A stretch of 63,692 nucleotides of DNA, filler included, from Rhabdomonas costata (lineage: Eukaryota), in the NCBI GenBank assembly GCA_019059605.1. It is 28 parts of 28 records of this genome, joined end to end, with 100 filler letters (N's around TTAATTAATTAA, not from the genome) between each part and the next. Parts side by side here need not be neighbours in the genome. Positions count along the whole stretch, not along the records: positions 25,106 to 27,283 come from JAHMHO010005045.1; positions 27,384 to 29,558 come from JAHMHO010005046.1; positions 29,659 to 31,834 come from JAHMHO010005047.1; positions 31,935 to 34,112 come from JAHMHO010005048.1; positions 34,213 to 36,376 come from JAHMHO010005049.1; positions 36,477 to 38,653 come from JAHMHO010005050.1; positions 38,754 to 40,930 come from JAHMHO010005051.1; 21 more parts are not named here. One strand, given 5' to 3'. Below the pieces are notes generated by a model. That model had not been told where the DNA came from. It was given only the letters and a program-made list of their open reading frames with translations, and made no database searches. This document shows positions 25,190-38,962 of the stretch, piece after piece; within the stretch, counting starts at the first letter, position 1, and every line of letters begins with the position of its first letter. A program made the translations under genes and the position numbers.

Positions 25190-27219
25190 CTTGACCATTG
25201 GGACCCGGCGCTTTTTGAGTTCACACCCACTGAACAGGTACATATCGGATCCGCTCTGACGGTTCGTTTGGACCTGTAACCCGAAGAAGCTCTGCGAAGT
25301 ACAAGAATCACCCACGATAGTGCATTTTTTTTTGCTCAGAGGCAGGTTTTAGTTGTTGGTGTGACTGTTTGTGCGATTAAAGCAAGAAAAGGAAAAGGGA
25401 CGAGGACAACGATGAGAAAATGTTCATAATAATAAAACGGACAGGCGCGATATGAGACAGTCCGCATTTGTTTCACCAACTGGTCCGGTGTGTGCGTGCG
25501 TGTTTGCAAGACAGGAATTTCTGCCGGCGAAGCAAAGCGAGTGCACGACGAGGGCTGGGGAGCAGGCCACAGGGGGGAAAGAGATCTGCACAGTGCGCTT
25601 GTCAACCATCAGCAGGGCGTCGCCGATGTGGGGCTCGCTGGGGCCCTGACGGCGGACTTCCTCCTCTGAAGTGTATGTATGTGTGTGAGAGCTCTCGCCC
25701 ACAGCCTAACCTGATCATCGCAATTCAAGGGTGTCAAAATTTCTCGGACACTGATGGAATGCCGATTGGTCGGCAGTGGGGCTCTTACTCTTCACCCCCA
25801 TCCTTGCTATTCAATTCTGTGCGGCGGCGCTATTCACGACGAGAGTAGGGTTCGCTAACAATGAATAGCATTCGCCACTCAACCGTAAGCATAAAAATGT
25901 TTCCACCACCTTCATTTCCCATCCTACAAAACCCTTTGGCTTTCAAAACATCACTCGAATGAGAGTAAACTGATGCATGTGCATTAGAAAATGTAACCAG
26001 CACTGGCGTGTAAAACACTTTTCCACGCGATAACGGAACACTTTTTTCTGGGACAATTTTGCGCAAAGGCCAGCAGCCGCGGCGGCAAAGCCAGCGGCTG
26101 CGCAGCCTGAGCGCCATACACGTTCCCCTGAAATTAAGTCAAAAGGCCAACACGGCTGACTAGCGAACGCTACTCGTGAGCAGCGTTCGTTACTCACGAG
26201 GATGAATAGCGAGGTGGGTGGGTGGCTGGGTGGGGGAAAAAGTGTCCAAGCCCGCGGGGCTGGGTGAGGTTCAGGGGCGGTGTTCCCTCCGAATATATCG
26301 CTATTTACTTAGCAAGGATCCACCAAGAGCCCACCAAGGCAGATTCCGAAACAACCACAAGTGTGATTGCAGTACATGTTGCACACCAAACACGTGCCAG
26401 GTGGTTCCCTCCCTCGTAGGGACGCCCCCCCCTCACTACACTCACAGAAAAATCACCGAATTCGCTATTTCGGGTCTTCCAAAGTAGTGCGTCTGTATTT
26501 GCGGACCCGCACCTGCAGTTCCCGATTGGATTCTAGGTATTCACGGGCTGCTTAACACTTGGCGTAAGACTGGTACTAGGGGTGTCCAGTGCAGCAGTAA
26601 AGATTCGTGGGAAGGAGTTTGCGGGGAAGTGTGATGTGCACGTGACCAGGCGAGAGCCTGCACAAGCAGACCTGCTAGGATGACTGCCCCATAGCATGGC
26701 GCAAGCCGCCGAAGGAGCTGCGCACGAGCTAGCAACGGACCCAGGACCTGAGTTTTTTTTATTAGCGTTTTAGCTTCAAGACATGAAAATTCTTCTGCAC
26801 ATACCTCCATGCCACCACGTTTCAGGTTCGTCCGAGCTACCAACTCAGCGAATATACACAAAAAAGAATGCACAATACAAAGATGGGGCATGCACACTCC
26901 AAAAGCTGCTCCCAGCCAAATTCCCTTAAGGTGCACGTGGAAAAGGCTAGTGAAAAGTCCATCGAAACAGCCACACGTGTCGATGTCGTTCAAAGCTGAT
27001 CGAAAATCGAGTCAGCAATTCAGGGCCTCACCCGCACCTCTCTTCAGCTGCAACGGGAAGCGAGCATACCGAGTACGCTGAGAAGGACTCGCAGCCGATG
27101 GACGAATACCTGTGACCGACCCCCCCTCTCCTCAAACATTCACCGAAAGTCTCAGAAGCGAAACCCGCATCTTGCCTCAGGGACGGAAACGACCCTACAA
27201 AGGCTGCATACTGTTCCAA
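25190..27219 (-). CDS. Hypothetical multi-exon protein
   Basis: Several open, AG/GT-bounded, GC-rich segments on the minus strand (about 27219-27120, 26745-26560, 26127-25998, 25665-25520, 25290-25190). No family recognised and boundaries are uncertain. Confidence 0.3.
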
Positions 27220-28249
27220 AAAAAAAGCCTAACTGGAAAACCGAATAAAAACTAGCATAAGACAGAGACGGCAGAAAACAACANNNNNNNNNNNNNNNNN
27301 NNNNNNNNNNNNNNNNNNNNNNNNNNNTTAATTAATTAANNNNNNNNNNNNNNNNNNNNNNNNNNNNNNNNNNNNNNNNNNNNTCTGTCCCTTAAGTACT
27401 AAACTCGCTATGATTGTTTGTCGCTGCAACTGACGTCGCTTAATTCCAGTCGCATATTTCCGGTAATGAGCAGACCATAGGGTCAATAGATCAAAAGTGC
27501 GCTAATGTAACTACGTTTGTTTTGGGTCTTATAACAAGTTGTATTCAGCAAAAGTTTGAAGACAAAACAACAGTAATTTATTTCCAAAATCTAGCGCCAG
27601 TAACTTAGATTGCATTCTTCAGAGAGTAAAGCAAGCACCGGTGATAATAGAAACATTTTGGAAAAACCAACCACATCCCTCATTTTTGATTTTCAATACC
27701 ATACTTTACCTGAAAAATGTTTCAGGTAAAGTTTGCACAATGCCACCAACAACAGAATTCTACCAAATGAGCATTTTGTGTCTCTTTTATTTCAAATTGA
27801 CTTCATGCGCATTACAGTGTTGATAACACAACTGGTTAGCTATCAGTACCGCTTGTATATTGTTCGTGTGTTCCTGGATAAAGAGTCCGATTTACACAGA
27901 ATTCAGAATTTTGGCTGATAAAAATGAGACATGGACGATAGAGAGTTGTGTAAGCAAGGCAATGGCAGTGTGAGACTACGGTTGGAGGAATATTTTTGTG
28001 TTCAGCACTTGTTAAGTAACTATGCAGTAATGCTGCAAGGATGCGCAGCAAACAAGAGCAAGAAATTAGCGAGAGTAAAATGTGGAAGCATAACCTCGGC
28101 TGGAAAGCTTTGGACTCTAGACTCGTGGACTAAAATGGATAAATGGATGGTTGGGAGCATAAAAGTTACTAGAGAGGCCTGCGTTTCGCGGTTTGAATGA
28201 TTCATTGGTTGCCACAAACACAGTGTAAAACATCACATAGACATGAGAA

Positions 28250-29558
28250 AGGGTTTCTGTGGTGATGGTGATGGTGAGCGTTTTCGTGAGTCGTGTTTTG
28301 AGTTTCTGTGCTTTTCTGTCTTGAGTGTGTGTCTTTAGCGGATATGGGTATGTTGGTTGGTTGGGTTGGTGATGAAGTGTGGATTATGGAGTGGAAATGT
28401 GGGTAGTGTGGGTTTTGACCTGCGGTGTGGTCGGTGTTTGGAGTCTTGAGTGTAATAGCTGTTTTGTGGAATTCTGTGCGTATGGAGTGGATGATCTGGT
28501 GCGTTTTTTGTGGTCGCGTGGAGTGTGAGGTGAGTTGCTGTGTAGGTGGTGTGGGTGTGGGTAGGTGTACTGTGTAGTGGGTCGGATTGTGATGTTAGAG
28601 TGGTGAGGGTCCTGCTTGTGGGTTTTGCGTGCGTCCTTTTTTCTTATCTCTGGGTCATGCGTTCAGTTTTTACGTGTGGGTACCCTGGTAGTGGGTGTTG
28701 AAGTTGGTGTGTGTTGAATTGTGTTGTGGAGGGTCAGCGTGTGCGCTTTTGTGCTGGGTGGGTTTTTGCGTAGAGGTTATGTCTGTTGATGTGCGTTGGT
28801 GGGTATGGTTGCAGTGGTTGCTGAAGTAGTGTGTGTTGGGACGTCTGTGTGCTTGTGGAAGTTGGGACGTGTTTTGACGTGTGGATGTGGAGCGTGGAGT
28901 GGTGATGAATAGTAGCGTTGATGTGGGTTCTGGTTTTGGGTACGGTTGTGCGGCTATTGATGGTCGTGTCTAATTGTCAGCTTGTGCGTGTGCGTGTGGC
29001 TGTGGGTAGAGCGGTAGCGTTGGGTTGAGAATTGTAGTATGGTGTGAGGTGACGGTGAATGCAGCGTGTGGTGGAGGTTCGGTTTTAAGCTGTACGCACA
29101 CACACCACCATCACCCACTCTCCATCCAGGACAAACACCGCAACGAAATTCCCCACACGCAACCCCTCATCCAACACCCACGCCCACAACCATACGCACT
29201 GTTCTCTCCTCTACGCTGCTCCGGCACACAACATCACGCACGACCACCCCGACCAATACTTCGCAACACCACTCGCAAAAACACAAAAAACAAGACAAAA
29301 TACCTGACTTACACATCAAGCACCATTTCCATGTCAACCCTACCACCACGCGCACACACACAACAACATCCGACACGCCCACGGACGAAACCCAACGCAA
29401 TAATTCCATACACACTCACTAACACCTCTCATGTCACTTCCCACTCCACCTATACTGTACCACCCCACACAACACCTCCACAAACTCAACGTGGCACCAA
29501 ACCCCACACGCAAAATTCTGACACGCGACCCACCCTACGCATTCTCTAACCCCCCCAC
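28250..29558. other. Low-complexity tract: G/T-rich to about 29092, then C/A-rich
   Basis: Non-periodic and strongly skewed composition with an abrupt switch. No homology signal. Possibly derived from poor-quality reads. Confidence 0.8.
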
Positions 29559-29707
29559 NNNNNNNNNNNNNNNNNNNNNNNNNNNNNNNNNNNNNNNNNN
29601 NNTTAATTAATTAANNNNNNNNNNNNNNNNNNNNNNNNNNNNNNNNNNNNNNNNNNNNTGTGGGTGTGCCGGAGGACCTCTCCCCCGCGGCCCCAAGCGC
29701 TACTCAC

Positions 29708-31250
29708 CAAGTTAGGAAACCCCTCCAGCAGGGGGGCCAAGCCCAGCTTGTACTGCGTGTACAGCGACATGAACAGGCTGCGAGTCAGGGCCTCTGCGGC
29801 CATGTTGGGCCCCACACCTTTCAGCAAGGTGTGCATGGCGTGGGAGGCCAGCATGGCTTGCGCGGTGCGAAGCAGCCCTGAGTGTGGGTCGTGGGTGCAA
29901 TTCTTTCCAGCAGGAAAAATGGTGCACATAGCGTGTGGGCCTTTTAAAAGACTAACTGGATAAAAATTCCATTAGAAACCATAGTTTTCGAATTTTGCGG
30001 TGTCGGGGGATGGTTTGAGAATCAGTAGTAGGAAGTTAGGGTCGAATCGAGGGCACCACAGCCCCCCCCCCTCGCTCTGCTCAGCCCCCTTGAGGTGGAG
30101 CTCTTTTACGTTTTTCGCTTTTCCTGCGAAACAGGAAAGGGATTACACACCACAGTTCAATTTTGTTTAGCGAGAAGGCCCCGCGAACATTATTCGAAGC
30201 AAACATAACTTTAAGAAGGCTTTAAGAATTGAAGAATTACCAGCCGCACGAACGAACCGGTTTCCGACCAAATGTTAGGTACATGGGTGGTTTGGATTAT
30301 TGCGCCAGTTCAGCAAAAAGTTGCGTTGAGTATTGTGCCCACAAACATTGTGCCCACACAAAGAAGGCAACAATCTTTCCCTTATCAGTGTTTTTGTTCT
30401 GACCTGGAACGGGCGGAGGCCCGAAACGTCCACCTCTCACCTCCATGGGCTGGTTGGGATACTCCAGCGCCATTTTCCGCCCTGACCAGGCCACATCAGA
30501 CACACAACATTGCCTTGGTGATAGGGAGAAAAAGGATGGGGTCGTCCACCTTTATTGCCAAGGTGCAGCGTACTTTGCCGACTCGCCTGCAGCCTAGTTC
30601 GGAGCACGTCCTGTGGAGCGGAAATATTAAAAAATGAAAAAGAGAAAAAGGAAAGAGAAGGGGAACGCGGGATTCAGTTTCCTCGAAAAAGTCCTCAATC
30701 CAGGACCTTTCCTGCATTTTCTGAATCTGCCTTTTTTGCATGATACAAACAGACATGATACAAATCAGCATAACACCTGGCACTATAATAAAAAGCAAGG
30801 GCCCATAAAGGAGGCAAATATGACATATAAGCTCAGGCCCATGCAGTTGTGTCCCACTCTGCCGGCCCCACATTAGAACAGCTTAGAAAAAAGAAAAACA
30901 TCAACGTCACCATCAATGCATTTTCAAAGGGAGATTGGATCCCAGTGAGGGCTGGACAGAAGAAACAGAGAACAGAAGCAGAGAGAGGGTTTGCTATTCA
31001 GCCGATTCACAGGCATGCACTGGTGTGCACATTCAGCAGCGCAAAAACAAAGGGAAAAAAAGGAAACCAAGACGCAGATAGATAGAGTGGAGGCGAAAGA
31101 CTAGAGGACCAAGGGGTTGGTCAGGGCGGCTGCTGTGGCTCCGGCGGCCCCCCCGCTGAGAAGGGCGACCCCAAAAGGCGGGGAAGCGCCGCCCCGGGAG
31201 GACGCGCCCACCACCGCGGGGGTCCCCGGTGGGTGGGTTGAAGTTCCCAT
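29708..31250 (-). CDS. Mitochondrial carrier (SLC25; Rim2/SLC25A33-36-like), 5' exons
   Basis: Exons 31250-31110, 30610-30550 and 29877-29708 join in phase: LLSGGAAGATAAALTNPL|DVLRTRLQ (the Px[DE]xx[KR]xR motif) ...LLKGVGPNM...RSLFMSLY. Confidence 0.88.
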
Positions 31251-33084
31251 GGACGTGAGGCAAAACACACACGCACACGACAAGGAGAGACCATAACTCT
31301 GAAAAAGAGAAGAATGATACGGCCAACCCAAGTCAAAAGTGAGGAGGAAAAAGCTACAGCTAATCTCACAAGCACGTCGGGAAAACAACGGCACAGCCCC
31401 AGAAAAGGGAAAAGGTAACCTGAATTAAGGAGCTTCCAGTGCAAAACTGTAAAAAAAAATATGACTTTTGTACGTCGATCCCTGAACCCCATGCAAGTCC
31501 AAATGATTGCTTTTGGTACCACTTTATGGTGGCCGGGACACTGCTTGCGTTTACAGATGTACACTGAAACCAACTTCTTAGAGAGCGGCAGCGTTCTCCT
31601 CCCACGTCCGAAAAATCGCTAAACGCAAGCGAATGGGACGTTCATTCATTCACACACAACATACACACGGACTCCAGGCACCAAACAACAGCAGGGACCA
31701 CTCCTCAGGAATATTCGTACTCGCAAGTGAATAGAAGAAATGCATCCACCAATCATTTCACCATTTGAAGTGTGACAGACTGCCCAAGGATGAAGAGCCG
31801 GAGCCTCACCCCCCCCACCCAAACACACCACACANNNNNNNNNNNNNNNNNNNNNNNNNNNNNNNNNNNNNNNNNNNNTTAATTAATTAANNNNNNNNNN
31901 NNNNNNNNNNNNNNNNNNNNNNNNNNNNNNNNNNGTGTTGGGGTGTGTTTGGGTTGGGGGTGGAAGGCTCGGAGCAGAATCACACGGGCTTGTGCGTTCA
32001 TGCGTCCGTCAGAAAGAATGGCCCCATCTCTCCCCCTGTCCTGACAGGACTGGATTGCATGGCGACAGCCACACCAATCCCACAGCACGCTCTTTCCCAT
32101 GGTCCATCCCATCACAGTTTGGGACGCTCTATTGTGAACAGAGGTCGCCGCAGCCCGTGAGGGACTTCCCTTCCCGGAGCAATTTCTCAGCAACACACAG
32201 GTCCACATAACTGACAAAGAGACATTTACAGCCACAGGGGTGCGTGCACACGCACGCAGGAGAGTGAGTGGCCCTCCGGCCCCCTCGCAAACAAACGCAC
32301 CCACACACAACCGGCCACCGCACCAGGAACAACCACGGGGTAGTTTACATGGCAAAGGGCAAGCGATAGCATGCCGGGCTGCTGCGGTTGCTGGGCACGG
32401 CGCTCCGAGCATTGGTAACGTCGGGGCAAGGGCTGGACCGAGCGCTGCCCCACCTGCGAAGGTTGGAAGCGGGGCACGACCACACACATGCTCCTCATAA
32501 CGGAAGGCAACCCATTCCGCTCCATGAAAAACTTGTCCAGTGTCCACAGCGGCACAAAGCACACAAGCGCCATGGTGGCATAAAACAGTACGCACGAAAA
32601 GAAAGGGTGGTCGTCACCCTTTCTTACGGTATTATTTTCTCGGGGAGAATTTATGGTGCAGTAAAGTGGGGAGATCTATAAACAAATGATTGAATGATTG
32701 AATGAATGATTGCCCCGTGAGCTGCGCTTTTTTTTTGGTCCGTTGCTCACCATCATATTCTTGTCTGTGCAGCAGCACAGTTGATCCCGTGAAAGGGATA
32801 AAAGAGAGAGCAGATTGCAAAATGAGGGATCGAAGTCAAAATAGAGTTTGAACCCAGTACCCCCCCTCCTCCTCTGAAATAGGATGGTTGTTGATGCCGC
32901 CAATGCCCCGACCGCTGCCCACAACCAGTGCGATTTCCCCCCTGGTCTAGCAGGTACTGGATGGCCGACTTCCCTCGAAGGCCCTTTGGAGAATTTGCAC
33001 TTTTCTTCGTTCACCCTTACACCCGATGCCTATCCTCAACAAAAGATGATCTTTTGTTCACCAATCGTTGGGTAGACAAACGAC

Positions 33085-33858
33085 CTGGGTTTGTAACGGA
33101 AAGCCAAGCCACCAAACCAAAAGTGCGAAAGCCACCATGACTACTCATTGAGTGGCTGGCGATTTGCAACAGCCTATCGTCATCCACGGCTGTGATGGAC
33201 CAGAGGAGGAGGGGCACACCCGCCCAAACACTGCATCCGGATATTTCAAATGAATATTCCGGCACTATCAACAGCACTGAGGTTACTCGGTCAAGGAATG
33301 GTTTTTGTTGGACTGTCGATGGCCGTTGTTTTTCAGGTGCCCTGCATTTGCGACACATTCCTCTTTCCTGTTTCTTCAGAGGCTCTTGTCACTCCTCATG
33401 TGCGGACAGAGGGAGGAGGAGGAGTTCCCACCTGTCCTGCCATGTCGGAGTGGGCCTCCCCAGGGTATTCCCGGAGGGGGTGCCAGCGTAGTAGTTGTTG
33501 GGGATCACAGGGGTGGCCCGCAGCGAGGACGCCGCGCTGTCAAAGGGCTGCGGGGTGGCGGCCCCACTAAGACCCATCGAGGACGCCGCCCTAGAGGCGG
33601 TCTCGTACACGCTCAGCAGCTCAGGGTCTGGGGCGTTCTGCAACAACCAAAAAAAAAAGAGAGCGGAAATGGACCCTTAACCACCCCATTCGCGGAAAAG
33701 GGCCGAAGACCGGTCAGATCCGTTGAATCCATTGGAGGGCGCAAGCAAACGAATTCCACTGTAGCAGTGCGATTCATCTGCATCTTCACCAGCTTTACAT
33801 CTTCCTCAGCCAGGTCATGCATGGTGTCCATCGATAGCATGAATACTTCTGGGTGCAC
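33085..33858 (-). CDS. Hypothetical protein exons
   Basis: Open, coding-like segments at about 33858-33675 (VHPEVFMLSMDTMHDLAEEDVKLVKMQ...), 33637-33432 and 33190-33085 with plausible splice sites. Family not recognised. Confidence 0.35.
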
Positions 33859-36850
33859 TTGGAGGGCGGGCGAGGGGTCGTGGGAGTCGTGTCGGTTGCT
33901 TGGGGTAGCTATTTTTTCTTGCTGACCGGAGTTACCCCACCACTTGTTTCTGTTTCTGGTTGCTCTCAGGGACCAGAATTTCTTGCATATGGTATATGCT
34001 TAGCGACCTTTTTGCTCGCCTCGCCCGCAGAAATCCAAGCAATGCAAGGTGTAAATAGCGCACGATACCAGGGACAAGGCAATGGACCAACAAACCCAAC
34101 CACACCCAACACNNNNNNNNNNNNNNNNNNNNNNNNNNNNNNNNNNNNNNNNNNNNTTAATTAATTAANNNNNNNNNNNNNNNNNNNNNNNNNNNNNNNN
34201 NNNNNNNNNNNNTCACGCTCCGTTTGGACCACTGACATGAATCTTGTCGTGGTTTTTAGCATACTCTTTCGGTTGTACTGTAGGGTACGATAATGGACTT
34301 GTGCCCCCGTTTCATCCGCCTTCCACCTGCATGCCCGGGCTACTGAATTTTTTTGGGGGGTGGGGCGCCGATAAATGTTTAGCATCGTTATACGTCGAAT
34401 GTTAAACGCTGCTTGGCCACCTGTGGCACGTTCCCAACTCGTCCGCCAGCTCCAGCTTCGAGGCGGATTGGCTTCTGCCCCATGATTATTCTTGTCCAAT
34501 TCGATCCGCAAAATCACAAAACGTTCAGCACTGTTAAACTCCCCACCCTTACAATTCACAATTGTCGCGACTCGCTTTTTCCTTCAAACAAGTGCGATTC
34601 TCATGAGAACAAAAGGGCCATTTCATCATAATAATACTGGAAAGGAGCTCGCCTCACAATGAGGCCGGGCGATGACAACCTTCCCGCTTTAGCGTAATGT
34701 CGGCGCTCTTTTTATGCTGTCAGGGGCCAAGATTCTTACAAAGGCGGAAGAAACACACAGGAAACGGCCCTTAAAGTAAAAATATGGTGGGTGAGGAGGC
34801 AGGGTCACGGTCAGTGGTCAGTGCAGATCAGTCCGCAGCACCCGACCCAAAATTTTGCAAAAGTTGCGGTTAGAGCATAATCATGATGTTCCACTCTTGG
34901 GATGTAGAATACTTCATCAAACAATATCAAACGTTTGTCACTGTAAAACACTTAACCCCTCCCCTTCCAATCAAAAAATACAATAGCCCTAACCACGGCG
35001 CCCCAACGCCACATACAGAAAAACATTTTAGTGCAACTTCATACGTGAGAGCCTGAACTGATTTTTTCAGGCAAAAAGATTTTGGAATAAACGTTTGGGT
35101 CACGCTGATAGGGGACATCGATCCTCTCCTCCTGCAAGGCACTGCCCGTGAATGCCAATTTGCAACAATTCCAAAGGCACGTGATCAGAGAACCGGTGCA
35201 AACCAAAATGATAAAGATACACGGTGGTTGGGGGAAGCCGGCGTGCCAAGAGAGAGAGGAAAACCGGGTAGCGTCCACAGGCAGTGGCACGGCACAGGAT
35301 AGCCGAATGTACTGCACCGTATACACAAGGGGGCAACGGGAATGACGGAAACGTAGACGCGGTAGCAAAAGGAAGAGGAAGAAGCAGGACGGAAAGACGA
35401 TGAGAAAGACGCTGGGTAGCGGTGGGCGGCGTTTTTCTATCACCCGCACCATTCATCCAGACAGCACAGCACATCGGTTTTCATCCACTTCTTCGGCTTT
35501 GAGCAGGGCAAAAAAAAGAAAGAGCTTGCCCCCAGGCACAAAGGCTGCGTGTGCCTGGAGAAACACGGGGGAAGGAGGAACAAGAAGCTACAGGAACAGA
35601 GGGGGGACACGCTGCCCTCTCCTGAGGATCAAAGGCATAGGCAAAGAAAGGGCTGATGACACAGGAAAGAAAAAGTGCACACCCCGCACTTTCGCTGCAC
35701 ACCAGCATAATTGCATTCTGTGTCCATCCAGAAGACACCATAGAGATATCGCCAGTCATCTCACCTCCAAGTGGATCGAAAAAGCTGCTGCTGCTGTTGG
35801 TGCTGGGTTGGAAGCACGAGGCATTTGGTCAAGAGATTTCTCACAGGGAAGAGGAAAAAAACGGAAGCGCGCCATCATTTGCAGAGTGAAAATGCATTGC
35901 CGCGGAACCTTCGACCCATTCAACCTCTTCCGTAAGGCACGACGCCACAAAAAAGTCAACTTTCAACCTTTTTCTGTTTTGTACTCCTTCCTCTCCTTCG
36001 CGAAAAGATGTTCCTCAGCCTTCTGGCGGATAATACATTAGAGAAGAAACGAAAAGAAAAAAGAGGGACCCCCAACCTCAGGGGGGGAGTCCGTCAAAAA
36101 CGGGGTTGGTGGCGAGTAAAAGCATAAAAAGTTGTGCCTTCATCTCGCACCCACCCACCCACCATGGACTCGATTACCGCCATCAATCTTACTTGGCGGA
36201 CTGGTCAATTTCGCCGCGTGTGTGTTCGTGTGCACGACCAGGATGGCGACCAACAACAAAACGGAGAAATGCAAAACGGTCCTATACATGCGGTCCAAAT
36301 TGACATTTCTGCGCTTTCTCCCTGCAGGCTTGGTACACTGCCGAAGATTGCCCAGTCTTCCCTTGAACACAAAACANNNNNNNNNNNNNNNNNNNNNNNN
36401 NNNNNNNNNNNNNNNNNNNNTTAATTAATTAANNNNNNNNNNNNNNNNNNNNNNNNNNNNNNNNNNNNNNNNNNNNTGTGGTGGGTCCTTCATCCTGCGT
36501 CACAGGAAGAAGGACCAGGCACACGGATGGGAACTAATGTGATAATGAAGGCGAAATAATGCCAACCAAAGCGACCGCAAACAAAATGAAAAACATTACG
36601 TTAGTATTCGGTAATTGGCATTTGAGCAGGAAAAAAGTCCCCAGTGAAGAGAAAACAGAAAACAGAAAACAGAAAACAGAAAACCACACGCCAACTTGGT
36701 TTGTCGAACATCGACCTCAAACTGTTTATAAAAAGCCATGTCAGAGTTGGTTGTTCATTGAAACTGGAGGGGAGCATACTGCGTTGAGCTGTGCTGACAC
36801 TGAAGTGAGCGAGCGAACAAAGAACGCAGAAGAGCCAGGGGTGGCGGCAC

Positions 36851-36976
36851 CTTCAAGAACTGTACAGGGTCCGCTGGCTTGCTGCGGAGAAGTTCGCAGA
36901 TCAGCTTGTCGAACAACTGCGGCACCTTGGAGCGCTCCAGGTATGCCACATCATCGCGCTTTGGGGCCGGAAACAT
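36851..36976 (-). CDS. Dpy-30/RIIa-type dimerisation-docking domain protein, first exon
   Basis: MFPAPKRDDVAYLERSKVPQLFDKLICELLRSKPADPVQFLK|gt fits YL....v..Lf..l...LL..KP.DP..fl. Confidence 0.75.
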
Positions 36977-37145
36977 CTCGGGCCCCACCGCACCCACGCA
37001 CGTCCCGTGCACAAGCTCACCACAACAGGCTTCACAAAGAAATGCAGGAAAATGCAAATGAAATCCAAAGGTAAGCACGGAGACCTGGACCATGAGCAAA
37101 GGAAAGATCAAAGAACGCCTGAGTAAACCACCACTTAGGAAGAAC

Positions 37146-38408
37146 TCATCGCAGAACATTAGACGTTTGCGACGCAGCTTTAGCAGAGCTGTGTCCTGCA
37201 GAGGGAGAAGTGCCGCTGCAACAGGGGGTCCGAACAGAATTCATTGAGAGATCCATGTTGGGACTCAAACTGGCTGGAGTACACCTGGGAGTATCAACGG
37301 CTGCGCATTGTTTTGACGACAAAGCAATATCATCAACTCCCAGCGAAATGTAGAGAGATTTGGGCGACGAACAAGAACCCAGCCCAATAGCATGCCACAA
37401 GTCCTCCTGGTGCTCTTCCTCGTTCTTCCACAAACAACCTGAAAGAAAAGCACCCCACCTTCTCTAGTCATTCCAATCTCTCCTAGTGTAGCGTGGCGTT
37501 TGGAAGTGAAGTGTCCCTCCTCGCAAAAAAAATCACACCACTCCAGAAGCAAAGCACGCCTCGAGAACCCATTTGGCATGACAGCCCCCGCAAGTCAGTG
37601 AGTAAGTGAAGGCCCACGGCAAGGCAAACGCAAAGCTTGTCATCAGTCATGCTAGGTGGCCGCAGCAAGTTGTGCTGTCTCCAACCACCTTACACACCTA
37701 CCTTACATTCCACATCAGATGTTTCCTAAACGGTCTCAACCCAACATGACACTTGGTCAGGTGGTGTGCACCCGCCCCTTCACCCCACACAATCTCTACC
37801 CCGCACACCGCGGTGCACCGCCCAGAGCCGCACCGAGCGATCCCAGCCCACAGAGGCAAACACGTCTGCGGACACTGGGGAGGCCGCGACGGCGCTGACG
37901 ACGGACTTGTGACCTTTCAGCACGGCGCTGAAAAAGAAAGTGGTCGAAAGTCGAATTCATTTAGAAGGAACCCCAACCAAGTGAATGCCAGTGGAGGAAT
38001 CGGCATTGAGGTATTGTGACGTTTGGCCTACCTTGAAACTAGGCAGGACCCAGGGAAGCTCAGGAGCATTCATTCACGTAAACCTCACAAATGTTTTGTC
38101 AAAATTAGTGTCATGGCTTTAAGAAGGGAATCATGTATCTCCGTTGTGAGGCTTTAACAGAACTTGAACTGAGACGTTGCGGGGGAGTAAGTGCATGGGT
38201 GTGGGTCCATCCGTGATTGGGGAGGTGGGCACAAGAACCGGAGGTACTCCCGGGAACCCGCGGCGGAGGCCACCGTGGCAGCCGCGGTGGGAACCCGCCA
38301 AACCCGCACCACGTTGTCATTCCCCCCAGTGACGATGCTGTCACTGTCCGCCAGTACGCATACCCCCCGCACGGGGCCCTCGCACCACAGTGAGGCCTCC
38401 ACAGAGGG
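37146..38408 (-). CDS. WD40-repeat protein, 3' exons
   Basis: Exons about 38408-38239 (IVTGGNDNVVRVW), 37927-37809 (LKGHKSVVSAVAASP...FASVGWDRSVRLW) and 37438-37146 (to stop). Phases are consistent. Confidence 0.8.
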
Positions 38409-38962
38409 CTGTCGCCCCCTCAACCCCAAAACTTTGAGATATCCATCCCACCTGAATACGCCCCCACCGCCAACTTTCCTAACTCCCACCGATAACTTTC
38501 CTTGGAACAACTGCATCAACAAAACCGCCTCTCCTTTCCATACAGCTCCCACTTGCCATTTCGTGCCACAACTCCCTCCTTCCTATTTCTTTTGCCTTGT
38601 GTAAAAGATTCCCTGATTTTCATTTGTATGTGCAGCCGTGTAACAAAAACACCNNNNNNNNNNNNNNNNNNNNNNNNNNNNNNNNNNNNNNNNNNNNTTA
38701 ATTAATTAANNNNNNNNNNNNNNNNNNNNNNNNNNNNNNNNNNNNNNNNNNNNTATGCCGACCCGCCGAAAAATGGGTGAGTGGTGGAGAACGAAACGAG
38801 CAGAAGAAGCTGGAGGTGGCCCGTGGATGCGTTTATACGCAATTGTATTTCCCTTCGTGTGTGAACCATGAACCTGGCACCCCAGACAACGTACTTGTTT
38901 ACCACACCAAGGGAGCAAGGAATCCACCACAAGGCAAAGGGCAAAGGGTTCCAGGCACTAAC

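Noticed and set aside
31590..31640. GCGAATGGGAC, identical to the 3' end of the HDV ribozyme
   Set aside because: No upstream P1/P3/P1.1 pairing can be built. Treated as a chance 11-mer.
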